In this document: one piece after another, positions 12,277-22,727 of the stretch
Layout of the letters: the number at the start of each line of letters is the position of its first letter
Position numbering within the stretch: position 1 is the stretch's first letter
Source of the DNA: an uncultured Novosphingobium sp.
Lineage (GTDB): Bacteria; Pseudomonadota; Alphaproteobacteria; Sphingomonadales; Sphingomonadaceae
Direction: 5' to 3'
Length of the DNA stretch: 64,000 nt
Assembly (NCBI GenBank): GCA_964242815.1
Contig: CAXSZV010000014.1
Coordinates: 4,994-68,993, forward strand
The notes under the pieces: model-generated
Told to the model about the DNA's origin: nothing
Database searches by the model: none
The model's input: only the letters and a program-made list of their open reading frames with translations
Position numbers and translations under genes: made by a program

Positions 12277-12483
12277 CTACTTCGCGCCGTCGCGCTCGGC
12301 GCGCTTGCGCTCCAGCTTGCGCGCGCGGCGGATCGCGGCGGCCTTTTCGCGCGCGCGCTTTTCCGAAGGCTTCTCGAAATGGCGACGCAGCTTCATCTCG
12401 CGATAGACGCCTTCGCGCTGCAGCTTTTTCTTGAGCGCGCGAAGAGCCTGATCGACGTTGTTGTCGCGTACCATGATCTGCAT
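12277..12483 (-). CDS. rpsU: 30S ribosomal protein S21
   Basis: [25 protein letters not shown]...FEKPSEKR. Confidence 0.98.
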   Translation of the reverse strand: MQIMVRDNNVDQALRALKKKLQREGVYREMKLRRHFEKPSEKRAREKAAAIRRARKLERKRAERDGAK

Positions 12484-12698
12484 AAACCGTCATACCTCAC
12501 GTGGGCCGGCAGAGCCCCCGCGCGTCATGACGGGGATGGCCGGCTCGAATCGAAACACGAAAAACGGCCCGATCCGCATCGGACCAACCGCGAGCGAGCG
12601 CGCCTAGCAGCGGCGTGTTTGGTTGGCAAGCAGCCGCCGATCGCGACTGCGGGTCCTGTGCAACCAGATGGAGCGCCGCTATATGGCGCAATCCAACC

Positions 12699-13109
12699 AT
12701 GACATCCACGTTCGCCCTTCCCTCGTTCCTCGTCGTCGTCGGCGGCGGCATCGGCGCGTGGCTGCGCTATCTGGTCAGCCGCCTGACGGTGGTCTGGCTG
12801 GGGGCGGACGCGGGCTTTCCCTGGGCGACGCTCGCCTGCAACGTCGGCGGCAGCCTCGCGATGGGCATATTGATCGCATGGCTCTCGCGCGGCGGCGAGC
12901 TTGGTAGCCTTGGTGGCGAGGGCGCGCGGCTGCTGCTCGGGGTCGGTGTGCTCGGCGGGTTCACGACGTTCTCGTCGTTCGCGCTCGAGTTCGCGGTGAT
13001 GGTCGAGCGCGGAACGCTGGGCCTCGCCGCGCTCTATGTCGGCGTGTCGCTGGTCGCGGGCTTCGTCGCGCTGTTCGCCGGTCTCACGCTGGTCAGGAGC
13101 CTTGCATGA
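12699..13109 (+). CDS. crcB: Fluoride efflux channel Fluc/CrcB
   Basis: GGGIGAWLRY, FPWATLACNVGGS, GVLGGFTTFSSF. Confidence 0.95.
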   Translation: MTSTFALPSFLVVVGGGIGAWLRYLVSRLTVVWLGADAGFPWATLACNVGGSLAMGILIAWLSRGGELGSLGGEGARLLLGVGVLGGFTTFSSFALEFAVMVERGTLGLAALYVGVSLVAGFVALFAGLTLVRSLA

Positions 13110-14365
13110 GCGTACTTGCAACCGACAAGCCCGCCGACAGCGTGCGGCAGTTCACCGTCGCGGCCGACGATGACGGGGTGCGGCTTGATCGCTGGTTCAA
13201 GCGCCATCTGCCGCAGGTCGGCTTCGCCACCGTCTCGCGCTGGGCGCGCACCGGGCAGATCAGGCTCGACGGCAAGCGCGCCGATCCGGCCGATCGGATC
13301 GAGACCGGCCAAGTGCTGCGCGTGCCCCCCGGCGGTGCGCTGCCGTCGCGGACGCGCGATCCCCGCCAGCGCCGCGAGCTCAGCGAAGACGAGATCGCGC
13401 GCGCGCAAGCCATGGCGATCCACCGCGATCGCGCGGCGATCGTGCTCAACAAGCCGCCGGGCCTGCCGACGCAAGGCGGCAGCGGCGTGACCGAGCATGT
13501 CGACGGCCTGCTCGATGCCTTCGCCGCGCCCGGCGCGCCGCGTCCGCGCCTGGTCCATCGGCTCGACAAGGACACTTCGGGCGTGCTGCTGATCGCTGCG
13601 ACGCCGGGCAGCGCGGCGTATTTTTCCAAGCGCTTCTCCGGCCGATCGGCGCGCAAGACCTATTGGGCGCTGGTCGCCGGCGTGCCCGATCGCGACGAGG
13701 GCGAGATCGACCTGCCGCTTTCCAAGCAGCCCGGCACCGGCGGCGAGAAGATGATGGTCGACCAGAGCGAGCACGGCGCGCCGGCGCGCACCCGCTATCG
13801 CGTGCTCGACCGCGCGGGCAACCGCGCCGCCTGGGTCGAGCTGCAGCCGCTGACCGGTCGCACGCACCAGCTGCGCGTGCATATGGCCGCGATCGGCCAT
13901 CCGATCGTCGGCGACGGCAAGTACGGCGGGCCCGACGCGTTCCTGACGGGCAGCATCAGCCGCAAGATGCACCTCCATGCGCGCCGCCTGGTGATCGATC
14001 ATCCCGATGGCGCGCCATTGGACGTCACCGCCCCGCTGCCCGAGCATTTCGCCGCGACGATGGCGCAGATGGGCTTCGATCAGCAAGATGGCGACAGCGG
14101 ACCCGTGACAAAGCCCGAGCCGGATCGCGAACAGAAGAAGGCGGCGGCCAAGGCGCACGCCAAGCAATACCGCAAGGAACGGCGCGGCGAACGGCGCAAG
14201 CGCGGCGAGGGTCCCGGCGCGAACCCGCCCGCGCGCACGCCGGCACGCGCCAGCACCCGCAAGTCGGCCACCCGCACGACGTCGCCGCAAGCTGCGCGCA
14301 CACCGCCTGGCAAGCGCGCGCCGCCGGGCAAGCGCACACCGCCGACCAAGCCCGGGGGGCGATGA
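13106..14365 (+). CDS. RluA-family pseudouridine synthase with basic C-terminal tail
   Basis: S4-like start RLDRW, LVHRLDKDTSG catalytic motif, LTGRTHQLRVH. Confidence 0.95.
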   Translation: MSVLATDKPADSVRQFTVAADDDGVRLDRWFKRHLPQVGFATVSRWARTGQIRLDGKRADPADRIETGQVLRVPPGGALPSRTRDPRQRRELSEDEIARAQAMAIHRDRAAIVLNKPPGLPTQGGSGVTEHVDGLLDAFAAPGAPRPRLVHRLDKDTSGVLLIAATPGSAAYFSKRFSGRSARKTYWALVAGVPDRDEGEIDLPLSKQPGTGGEKMMVDQSEHGAPARTRYRVLDRAGNRAAWVELQPLTGRTHQLRVHMAAIGHPIVGDGKYGGPDAFLTGSISRKMHLHARRLVIDHPDGAPLDVTAPLPEHFAATMAQMGFDQQDGDSGPVTKPEPDREQKKAAAKAHAKQYRKERRGERRKRGEGPGANPPARTPARASTRKSATRTTSPQAARTPPGKRAPPGKRTPPTKPGGR

Positions 14366-15012
14366 AGCTCGCCGTATTCGATTGCGACGGCACGCTGATC
14401 GACGGGCAGGCGGAAATCTGCGCGGGCATGATCCGCGCCTTCGCCGACGTCGGCCTGCCCGCGCCCGATCTCGATGAGGTACGGCGCAGCGTCGGCCTAA
14501 GCCTGCCGCAGGCGCTGGCGCGACTGCTGCCCGATGCGGACGGCTCGCAACGTGATCGCGCGGTCGAGGCGTACAGGCACGCGTTCCGCGCCGCACGACA
14601 GGCGGGTGAGCTCGCGCAGCCGTTGTTCGCCGGGCTCGCCGATCTGCTCGACGCGTTGCGCGGCGCGGGCTGGACGCTCGCGGTGGCGACCGGCATGTCG
14701 CGGCGCGGGCTCGACCATTGCCTCGCCGTCAACGGCATCGCGACACGCTTCGTCAGCTTGCAGACCGCCGACGATCATCCGTCGAAGCCGCACCCGGCGA
14801 TGCTGCGCGCGGCGCTGGCCGAAGCTGGCGCGATGCCGAGCGAAGCGGTGATGATCGGCGATACGCAGTACGACATGCTGATGGCTGCTGACGCGGGGGT
14901 GCGCGGAGTCGGCGTCGGTTGGGGATACCATACGCCCGACGATCTGCGCGCGGCGGGCGCAGCCTTTGTCGCGCGCGATCCGGCCGCGCTCGCTGCGTAC
15001 CTGCTCGCATGA
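14362..15012 (+). CDS. HAD-IA hydrolase (phosphoglycolate phosphatase-like)
   Basis: MKLAVFDCDGTL, SKPHP, MIGDTQYD; ATGA overlap with the rluA stop. Confidence 0.92.
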   Translation: MKLAVFDCDGTLIDGQAEICAGMIRAFADVGLPAPDLDEVRRSVGLSLPQALARLLPDADGSQRDRAVEAYRHAFRAARQAGELAQPLFAGLADLLDALRGAGWTLAVATGMSRRGLDHCLAVNGIATRFVSLQTADDHPSKPHPAMLRAALAEAGAMPSEAVMIGDTQYDMLMAADAGVRGVGVGWGYHTPDDLRAAGAAFVARDPAALAAYLLA

Positions 15013-15266
15013 GCGACCTGGGCAAGATACCCGACGGTGCCGTGCCCGATGATGGCGTGCCCGATGCGGTGGCGAAGCGACGCTTCCTGACGATCCAGGC
15101 GGCGCGGCTAGGCGGGGTCGCCTGCGTGCTGCTCGCGGTGCTCGCGGTCAACCATGCGATCCCCGTGCCGCCGGCGATCGGCTATGTGCTGCTGGCGATC
15201 GGCATTCTGGGGTTCGCGGTGATCCCGGTGAGGCTCGCGCGGCAGTGGAAGAGCAAACGGCGATGA
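15009..15266 (+). CDS. Small two-TM membrane protein
   Basis: ATGA-coupled on both sides within the operon; two hydrophobic helices. Confidence 0.7.
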   Translation: MSDLGKIPDGAVPDDGVPDAVAKRRFLTIQAARLGGVACVLLAVLAVNHAIPVPPAIGYVLLAIGILGFAVIPVRLARQWKSKRR

Positions 15267-15961
15267 AGCGGTTCTATAAGGACGTGAGCGTCGACGGTAG
15301 CGACGCGCAATGGGGCGTGCTGCTCGACGGACGGCCGATCCGCACCGCCGGCGGCCGTGCGCAGATCGCGCCGACGCGCGCCTTGGCGCAAGCGCTGGCT
15401 GAGGAATGGGCCGGCCAACCCGAAGAGATCGAACCGGGCCGCTTCGCGCTGGGCGACCTCGCCGACTATGCGATCGATGTCGCCGGGCCGGATCGCGCGA
15501 GCGTGATCGCCGAGATGCTGCCTTTCGCGCAGACCGACACGCTGTGCTATCGCGCCGACCCCGACGAGCCGCTCTATCGCCGCCAGCGCGAGGTTTGGGA
15601 GCCCGCGCTGACCGCCGCCGAGACGCGGCTCGGCGTGCGGTTCGAGCGCGTCAGCGGCGTGATCCACCGTGCGCAACCGCCCGAAACGCTGGCCCGGCTG
15701 CGCGCGCTGCTCGACGGCGAGGACGCCTTCGTGCTCGCCGCGCTGCGGATGCTGACGAGCCTCGCCGCGTCGCTGGTGATCGCGCTCGAGGCGTGCCGGC
15801 CCGGCGCGGACGCCGAAGCGCTATGGGCGATCGCCGACCTCGAAGCCGACTGGCAGGCCGAGCTCTGGGGACGCGACTGGGAAGCCCAAGACCGGCGTGC
15901 GACGCGGCTGACGGCGTTCAGCGAGGCAATGCGCTTCGCGGAGTTGGCGAAGTCCGTTTAA
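15263..15961 (+). CDS. ATP12-family chaperone
   Basis: MKRFYK, LDGRPIRT, DTLCYRA. Confidence 0.92.
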   Translation: MKRFYKDVSVDGSDAQWGVLLDGRPIRTAGGRAQIAPTRALAQALAEEWAGQPEEIEPGRFALGDLADYAIDVAGPDRASVIAEMLPFAQTDTLCYRADPDEPLYRRQREVWEPALTAAETRLGVRFERVSGVIHRAQPPETLARLRALLDGEDAFVLAALRMLTSLAASLVIALEACRPGADAEALWAIADLEADWQAELWGRDWEAQDRRATRLTAFSEAMRFAELAKSV

Positions 15962-15969
15962 GCCTTAAA

Positions 15970-15993
15970 CCCTCTCTCCTGAAAGGGAGAGGG
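15970..15993. terminator. Hairpin between convergent operons
   Basis: ccctctctcc-tgaaa-gggagaggg, located between the stops at 15961 and 16017. Confidence 0.55.
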
Positions 15994-16016
15994 CTATAGC
16001 GCTCTACCTCCCACAA

Positions 16017-16664
16017 TCACCCCGCCCAGCTTGCCACTTGCGCGGCGACCGTGTTCGCCGCCTGGTTGAGCGCCGGGGCGACGCCGGCACCGGTCGCGGC
16101 GACGCCGGGGACTTCGGCTTCGAAACGGCGCGCCTTGATCGCGCCGCCGGGCACCGTCAGCAGCGCGTCGTAGCGGATGATGACCGAGCCGCGCGAAGCA
16201 TCATAACCCATCGCGAGCAGGCGGCCCGACAGCACCGCGCGGCCGCCGTTGTCCGCGCCGCCCAGGCCGTCGGGCCCCTCCAGCACCATCCGCCGCCCCT
16301 GCGCGCGCAGCGTCTCGGCGAGCAGGCTGCGGAACTGGCGCGCTGGCTTGGCGATCCAGGCGGCATCCTTGATGAACGCGACGCCCGAATTGCTGACCTT
16401 GACCGGCACACGCAGCACGTCGATCTCGCGCTCGGTCTCGGGATCGAGCACGACGATCGGCGGCAGCGCGCCAAGCGTCGGCAGGTCGCCCGCCGGAGCC
16501 GACGCGGTCGGCGTCAGGCTGATCAGCTGCTTGGGCACTTTGGGGCCGAAGCTGATGCAACCGCCCAACAGCAGCGCGGCCGCGCCGGCCATGCTCAACG
16601 CTGCGATCCGCGTACGCCTGTTTGTCGCTCGGATCGTCGCCTCCTGGATCGTCACCTGCGCCAT
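16017..16664 (-). CDS. PqiC-like ABC auxiliary lipoprotein
   Basis: Lipobox LLGGC; last gene of the MCE/Mla-type operon. Confidence 0.85.
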   Translation of the reverse strand: MAQVTIQEATIRATNRRTRIAALSMAGAAALLLGGCISFGPKVPKQLISLTPTASAPAGDLPTLGALPPIVVLDPETEREIDVLRVPVKVSNSGVAFIKDAAWIAKPARQFRSLLAETLRAQGRRMVLEGPDGLGGADNGGRAVLSGRLLAMGYDASRGSVIIRYDALLTVPGGAIKARRFEAEVPGVAATGAGVAPALNQAANTVAAQVASWAG

Positions 16665-16690
16665 GATGTCCCCACTCGTCCCGCCCCGTT

Positions 16691-17629
16691 TCACTTCTTG
16701 TAATCCGGCAGCTTGCCGCCCTTCAGCAGCGCGCCCGCGCCCTGCTCGTCGATCTTCTCGGTCAGGTTGCGCAGCGCGCGCGTGGTAGCGCGCAGATCGC
16801 GGATCGCCGATTCGGCGGCGGGCAGCGTGGTGCTCGAGACTTCCTTCAACGCGGGCCGCGCATCGCCCAGCGTATCGCGCAGCGCGTCGGCGGCGGACTT
16901 CGCCGAGGCGAGCGTCTGGCGCAACTGTGCGGCGAGCCCGTTGTCCTTGTCATCGAGCAGCCCATTGGCACGATCGGCGACTCCCTGGAACGAGGCGAGC
17001 GCCCCCTGCGCCTGATGCAGCGTCGCCTGCAGCTCGGCCATCGTCGTCTTCAGCTGCGGCGTCGCGTCGGACAGATCGCCCGATATCTTGTCGGCGTGCG
17101 CGAGGATGCCCGAGATCGAGCGCTGGTTCTCGTCCGACAGCAGCTGGTTGAACCGATCGGTCAGCGTCGACAATCGTTCGAGCAGCAGCGGCGCGTTGTT
17201 CAGCAGCGCACCGAGCCCGCCGGCCTTGGTCGGGATCACCGGCGCGCCTTCGGGCCCGCGCTGGCTGATCGGCGGCGCGCCGCGCACGCCGCCATCGAGG
17301 ATGATGTCCGACACGCCCGTAAAGCTGCCCTGGATCGTCGCGGTGGTGCCCTGCAGCACCGGCGTGCTCGCCTTGATGCTGATCCGCACGCGCTTGACGC
17401 TGGGATCCTGCGGCCACAGTTCGATCTTCTTGATTTGTCCGACCGGCACACCCGAATACGTGACCTGCGATCCCTGCGCCAGGCCATCCACGGACTGCTT
17501 GAAGAAGATATCGTATTCGCTCTGATCGCCCGAGCCAAGCCGCGCGATCCAGATGATGAACGCGGCGACCAGCGCCAGCAGCACCAGCGTCACCGCGCCG
17601 ACGAACACGTTGTTTGACCGGGTCTCCAT
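16691..17629 (-). CDS. MCE/MlaD-family protein
   Basis: METRSNNVFVG, FKQSVDGLAQGSQVTYSGVPVGQI, followed by a long helical region. Confidence 0.93.
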   Translation of the reverse strand: METRSNNVFVGAVTLVLLALVAAFIIWIARLGSGDQSEYDIFFKQSVDGLAQGSQVTYSGVPVGQIKKIELWPQDPSVKRVRISIKASTPVLQGTTATIQGSFTGVSDIILDGGVRGAPPISQRGPEGAPVIPTKAGGLGALLNNAPLLLERLSTLTDRFNQLLSDENQRSISGILAHADKISGDLSDATPQLKTTMAELQATLHQAQGALASFQGVADRANGLLDDKDNGLAAQLRQTLASAKSAADALRDTLGDARPALKEVSSTTLPAAESAIRDLRATTRALRNLTEKIDEQGAGALLKGGKLPDYKK

Positions 17630-17638
17630 CTCCGTCGC

Positions 17639-18571
17639 CTATGCCCCCTGATCGCCGGCGCTGTCCATCGCCGCCTTGCGCCGTTCCCGGTCCGCCCCGT
17701 CATCCCGATCGGCCGCGCGGTCCTTCGCCCCGTGCGCCGCGCGACCGCGCGGGCCGTTGAAGTATTCCTGGATCCACGGATGGTCCATCGCCAGCAGTTC
17801 ATCGATCGTGCCGACCGCGATCACCTGCTTGTCCGCCAGTACCGCCACCCGGTCGCATATCTCGTATAGCGTATCGAGATCGTGGGTGATCAGGAACACC
17901 GTCAGCCCCAGCGTCTCCTTCAGCTCGCGCGTCAGTTCGTCGAACGCCGCCGCGCCGATCGGGTCGAGGCCGGCGGTCGGCTCGTCAAGGAACAACAGCT
18001 CGGGATCGAGCGCGAGAGCGCGCGCGAGGCCAGCGCGCTTGCGCATGCCCCCCGAAAGCTCGGACGGGTATTTGAACGCGGTATCCTCGCTGAGGCCTGA
18101 CAGCACGACCTTGAAACGCGCGATCTCGGCGCGCAACGTATCGCGCAACTCGGGATGAAACTGGAGCAGCGGCACCTCGACGTTTTCGCCTACGGTCAGC
18201 GTCGAGAACAGTGCGCCGCCCTGGAACAGCACGCCCCAGCGGCTGCGGATGTCGCGATCGTCGTCGGCATCGCGCTCGATTGCATCGGGCATCGCGCGGC
18301 CGAGCACGGTGATCGAGCCTTCGTCGGGCACCTGCAGCCCGATGATCGAGCGCATCAGCACCGACTTACCGGTGCCCGACCCGCCGACCACGCCGAGGAT
18401 TTCACCCCGCCGGACCTTCAGCGACAGGTTGTCGTGGATCACGTGCTCGCCGAAGCTGCTGCGCAAGCCCTCGACGACGATCGAGAATTCGTCCTGCCCG
18501 TGATCGTCGCCGCGCGGGGCGGCGCCATCATCGACGGTGGTCGCGGGGGCGGGCGGCGCGGGGGCGGTCAC
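17639..18571 (-). CDS. ABC ATPase, MlaF-like
   Basis: Walker A GGSGTGKS, signature LSGGM, Walker B LFLDEPT, THD. Confidence 0.95.
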   Translation of the reverse strand: MTAPAPPAPATTVDDGAAPRGDDHGQDEFSIVVEGLRSSFGEHVIHDNLSLKVRRGEILGVVGGSGTGKSVLMRSIIGLQVPDEGSITVLGRAMPDAIERDADDDRDIRSRWGVLFQGGALFSTLTVGENVEVPLLQFHPELRDTLRAEIARFKVVLSGLSEDTAFKYPSELSGGMRKRAGLARALALDPELLFLDEPTAGLDPIGAAAFDELTRELKETLGLTVFLITHDLDTLYEICDRVAVLADKQVIAVGTIDELLAMDHPWIQEYFNGPRGRAAHGAKDRAADRDDGADRERRKAAMDSAGDQGA

Positions 18572-19704
18572 GACCAGCCGATCTTGGTGAAGAACACCGC
18601 GAAGAACGCATCGAGCACGATCACGGTAAAGATCGCGGTGACCACCGCCTGCGTCGTGCGCAGCCCGACTTCCTCGGCGTTGCCTTTGACCTGCATGCCC
18701 TGATAGCAGCCGGTCAACCCGATGATCAGGCCGAACACCGGCCCCTTGCTCAGCCCGACCCAGACATCGTGCAACGGCACCACTTCCTGCACGCGCAGCA
18801 CGAAAGTGAAGAACGGGATGTCGAGCGTGAACGCCGAGATGAACGCGCCTCCCAGGATCGCCATCATCGACGCGTAGAACCCGAGCAGCGGCAGCATGAT
18901 CACCGAGGCGAGCACGCGCGGGAGGATCAGCGCCTCCATCGGCGAAACGCCGATCGTGCGCATCGCATCGACTTCCTCGGTCAGCCGCATCGTGCCGATC
19001 TGCGCGGCGAAGGCGCTGCCCGATCGCCCGGCGATCATGATCGCGGTCATCAGCACGCCGAGCTCGCGCAGAGACAGCCGCCCGGTAAGGTTGATCGTGT
19101 AGATCGACGCGCCGAACTGTTCGAGCTGTACCGCGCCCTGCTGCGCGATGACGATGCCGATGAGGAAGCTCATCAGCCCGACGATGCCGAGCGAATTGAT
19201 CCCGACCAGCTCGATCTGGCGAACGAGCGCCTTGGGCCGCATCCGCTTGGGATGGCGCAGCACCGCCAAGGCGCCGATCAGGAGGTCGCCGAGAAACCCG
19301 ATGATGCCGAGCGCGCCTGGCCCCCAGGCGATCACCCGCTTGCCGATGAAGGCAAGCGCGCGCTCCACCGTGCCGAGCCGCGCGGGCTGCTTCGCTCGTT
19401 CGCCTTCTTCGGGCGCGACCGCATCGATCAGCCGCTGCGCCTTGTCGCTGGCCCCGGCGATCGGCGCGTGGTGATCGTCCGACCAGCGGCGGACCAGCCA
19501 GGCACCCGAAGTATCGATGTCGGTCACGCCGGTCAGGTCGAGTTGGTCGAACTCGGCGTGCTCGGCTTCGAGCCGCCGGTCGAGATCGCCGATCGAAAAG
19601 ACGCGCAACGGGCCGCTCAGCGCCAGCGTGCGGCCGCGCGAACCAGACGCGCTGTCGGCCGCGACGTCACCGTCGGTCAGCTTGAAGTCCGCATGGCCGC
19701 CCAT
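18568..19704 (-). CDS. MlaE-family permease with N-terminal STAS-like domain
   Basis: [41 protein letters not shown]. Confidence 0.93.
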   Translation of the reverse strand: MGGHADFKLTDGDVAADSASGSRGRTLALSGPLRVFSIGDLDRRLEAEHAEFDQLDLTGVTDIDTSGAWLVRRWSDDHHAPIAGASDKAQRLIDAVAPEEGERAKQPARLGTVERALAFIGKRVIAWGPGALGIIGFLGDLLIGALAVLRHPKRMRPKALVRQIELVGINSLGIVGLMSFLIGIVIAQQGAVQLEQFGASIYTINLTGRLSLRELGVLMTAIMIAGRSGSAFAAQIGTMRLTEEVDAMRTIGVSPMEALILPRVLASVIMLPLLGFYASMMAILGGAFISAFTLDIPFFTFVLRVQEVVPLHDVWVGLSKGPVFGLIIGLTGCYQGMQVKGNAEEVGLRTTQAVVTAIFTVIVLDAFFAVFFTKIGWS

Positions 19705-19817
19705 CGCACAGGGTCATGAACGCAATCGGCGTTTGTCGCAAGCGCAGCATCGACCGACAGGCGCGCCCGACCGCGCCGGGCTTGCGACGGGCGGGGGGCG
19801 CTGGCAAGGCCGCGGGC

Positions 19818-22583
19818 ATGACGCAGACACTCGGCCGGACGCACCCCCAGATGCCACAGGACCAGACGCCACAGGTCCACACGATGCTCGACAAGACGTT
19901 CGACCCCGCGGCGATCGAGGCGAAGTGGTACGCGCATTGGGAGGCGAACGGCCTGTTTCAACCCGACCGGCCCGACGCCGTGCCTTACACGATCGTCAAC
20001 CCGCCGCCCAACGTCACCGGATCGCTGCACGTCGGCCACGCGCTCGACAACACGTTGCAGGATATCATGATCCGTTACGAGCGGCTGCGCGGCAAGGATG
20101 CGCTGTGGGTGGTCGGCACCGATCACGCGGGCATCGCGACGCAGATGGTGGTCGAGCGGCGTTTGGAGGAACGCCAGGACAAGCGCGCGAACTACACGCG
20201 CGAAGCCTTCGTCGAGAAGGTGTGGGAGTGGAGGCACGAAAGCGGCGGCGCGATCACTCGCCAGCTCCGCCGGTTGGGCTGCTCGATGGACTGGAGTCGC
20301 GAACAGTTCACCATGAGCCCCGAGTTCAGCCGCGCGGTGACCAAGGTGTTCGTCGACCTCTACAACGAGGGGCTGATCTATCGCGACAAGCGGCTGGTGA
20401 ACTGGGATCCGCATTTCCGCACCGCGATTAGCGATCTCGAAGTGGAGCAGCGTGAGGTCAACGGGCACTTCTGGCACTTCCGCTATCCGCTGGCCGACGG
20501 CGCGCGACAGCTGGACGGCCGCGACTATCTGGTCGTCGCCACGACGCGCCCCGAAACGATCCTCGGCGACGGCGCGGTGGCGGTGAACGCGGCAGATGAG
20601 CGGTATCGTCACCTCGTCGGCGCGTGCGTGCGGCTGCCGCTGGTCGACCGGCTGATCCCGGTGATCGCCGACGATTACGTCAAGATCGACTTCGGCTCGG
20701 GCGCGGTGAAGATCACCGCCGCGCACGACCACAACGACTATGACGTTGCCAAGCGCCACCCCGAGGCGAACATCCCGCTCATCAACCTGATGAACGCCGA
20801 CGCGAGCATGAGCGACGCCTGCCCGCCGGGCTATCGTGGGCTGGACAGGTACGAGGCGCGCGCGAAAGTGGTCGCCGATTTCGATGCACTGGGCCTGCTC
20901 GATCATATCGAGGATCACGTCCACCAGGTTCCCTATGGCGACCGCAGCGGCGTCGTCATCGAGCCGTGGCTCACCGACCAGTGGTACGTCGACGCCAAGA
21001 CGCTCGCCCAACCGGCGATCGCGGCGGTGCGCGATGGGCGGATCGATATCGTGCCCAAGAGCTGGGAGAAGACGTTCTTCAACTGGATGGAGAACATCCA
21101 GCCTTGGTGTGTGAGCCGGCAGCTGTGGTGGGGCCATCGGATCCCGGCTTGGTATGGCGATGACGGCTCGATCGTCGTCGCGCAAAGCGAGGGTGAAGCG
21201 CGACGTCTCGCCAATGGAGAGCGGCTGACTCAGGACGAGGACGTCCTCGACACCTGGTTCTCCTCCGCGCTCTGGCCCTTCGCAACGCTCGGCTGGCCCT
21301 TGTCCTCCCCAAGCTCGCTTGGGGCGGGGGACCAGCCGCAGACCGGTGGAGGGGTTCGCTTCGCGGATAGCCTCCTCACCCGCCATTATCCCAACGACCT
21401 GCTCATCTCGGGTTTCGATATCCTGTTTTTCTGGGATGCGCGGATGGCGATGCAGGGGTTGCACTTCATGGGCGATGTGCCGTGGAAGCGGCTGTATCTG
21501 CATGGCTTGGTGCGCGCGGCGGATGGCGCGAAGATGTCGAAGTCCAAGGGCAACGTCGTCGATCCGCTGCTGCTGATCGATCGCTTCGGCGCGGACGCGC
21601 TGCGGTTCTTCATGGCGGCGATGGAGAGCCAGGGCCGCGACGTGAAGATGGACGAGCGGCGGCTCGAGGGATACCGCAACTTCGCCACCAAGCTGTGGAA
21701 CGCCGCGCGGTTCTGCCAGAGCAACGGCATCGGCGCGTCGACGACGCTCGCCGCGCCGGCGGCGACGCTGGCGGTCAACAGGTGGATCGTCGGCGAGGTG
21801 GTCGAGACGCTTGCCGCCATCGACAAGGCGCTCGCCGACCTGCGCTTCGACGCAGCGGCAAACGCGATCTACCACTTCGCGTGGGACACGTTCTGCGACT
21901 GGTACGTGGAGTTGATCAAGCCGGTGCTCGGTCCTCCCGGACCTGAGGAGGACGAGACGCGCGCGGTCGCGGGTTGGGTGCTCGACCAGATCCTGGTCAT
22001 GCTCCACCCGTTCATGCCATTCGTGACCGAGGAGCTGTGGGCCGCGCTCGGCGCGCGGGAGACCGACTTGATCGTCGCGCGATGGCCAGCGCCCGAGGCG
22101 GTGGTCGACGCGGAAGCTAAGACCGACGTTGAATGGCTGATCGCACTCACCGGCAATCTGCGCGCGGCGAAGGCAGAGCTCGGCATCGCCCCCGGTGCGC
22201 GGCTGGATGCGTTCCTGCCGGATCCCGGCGAGCGGACCCGCGCGATCATCGCGGCGAACGCGAGCATCATCGAGCGAGTGACGCGATTGTCGACGATCAG
22301 CTTCGCGCCGCCGCCGGCGGGGGCGGCGATGCAGGTGGGCGTGGGGGACGCCAGCCTGTCGATCCCGCTCGCGGGCGTGATCGACTTGTCCGCCGAACGC
22401 GCGCGCCTGACGAAGTCGCTCGCCACGTCCGAAAAGGAGCGCGACGCGCTCGCCAAGCGGCTCGCCAACACGGCGTTCGTCGAAAAGGCCAAACCCGAGG
22501 CGATCGACAAGGCGCGGGCCGACCATGCGGGCCATGCGGCCGAAGCCGAGCGTCTTGCGGCCGCATTGGCGCGGCTCAATTAG
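19818..22583 (+). CDS. valS: Valine--tRNA ligase
   Basis: [13 protein letters not shown] (HIGH), [18 protein letters not shown]-terminal coiled coil. Start may instead be the Met of MLDKTF. Confidence 0.98.
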   Translation: MTQTLGRTHPQMPQDQTPQVHTMLDKTFDPAAIEAKWYAHWEANGLFQPDRPDAVPYTIVNPPPNVTGSLHVGHALDNTLQDIMIRYERLRGKDALWVVGTDHAGIATQMVVERRLEERQDKRANYTREAFVEKVWEWRHESGGAITRQLRRLGCSMDWSREQFTMSPEFSRAVTKVFVDLYNEGLIYRDKRLVNWDPHFRTAISDLEVEQREVNGHFWHFRYPLADGARQLDGRDYLVVATTRPETILGDGAVAVNAADERYRHLVGACVRLPLVDRLIPVIADDYVKIDFGSGAVKITAAHDHNDYDVAKRHPEANIPLINLMNADASMSDACPPGYRGLDRYEARAKVVADFDALGLLDHIEDHVHQVPYGDRSGVVIEPWLTDQWYVDAKTLAQPAIAAVRDGRIDIVPKSWEKTFFNWMENIQPWCVSRQLWWGHRIPAWYGDDGSIVVAQSEGEARRLANGERLTQDEDVLDTWFSSALWPFATLGWPLSSPSSLGAGDQPQTGGGVRFADSLLTRHYPNDLLISGFDILFFWDARMAMQGLHFMGDVPWKRLYLHGLVRAADGAKMSKSKGNVVDPLLLIDRFGADALRFFMAAMESQGRDVKMDERRLEGYRNFATKLWNAARFCQSNGIGASTTLAAPAATLAVNRWIVGEVVETLAAIDKALADLRFDAAANAIYHFAWDTFCDWYVELIKPVLGPPGPEEDETRAVAGWVLDQILVMLHPFMPFVTEELWAALGARETDLIVARWPAPEAVVDAEAKTDVEWLIALTGNLRAAKAELGIAPGARLDAFLPDPGERTRAIIAANASIIERVTRLSTISFAPPPAGAAMQVGVGDASLSIPLAGVIDLSAERARLTKSLATSEKERDALAKRLANTAFVEKAKPEAIDKARADHAGHAAEAERLAAALARLN
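21302..21355 (+). repeat. Family-A repeat arm inserted in frame in valS
   Basis: gtcctccccaagctcgcttggggcgggggaccagccgcagaccggtggaggggt; its first 19 bp match the intergenic copy at 1832-1850 (reverse complement). Translated as [18 protein letters not shown]. Confidence 0.85.
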
Positions 22584-22727
22584 AGGGACGCTAAATCCAC
22601 GTCGGTGGGGGTATTCGGTAGGCGCCTACCATCGTGCCTCGACGGCACTGGCGCAGCCGCGCGACAGTTCCCATAAGGCACGCTCCCCCTGGACGCTGCC
22701 AACCATGTCAATCCTCAGTGTCCCCTC

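Noticed and set aside
12490-12698. Fluoride riboswitch upstream of crcB
   Set aside because: A GGGGATGG segment is present, but the downstream conserved (C/U)GAUG pseudoknot partner was not found.
16017-19704. MCE operon lacking MlaC/MlaA as a novelty
   Set aside because: The MlaE(STAS)-MlaF-MCE-PqiC-like architecture is a known, common type.
22583-22727. 6S RNA or SRP RNA call
   Set aside because: No SRP GNRA/domain IV motif, no recognisable 6S consensus, and not in the usual zapA-ygfA context; kept only as an unassigned structured region.
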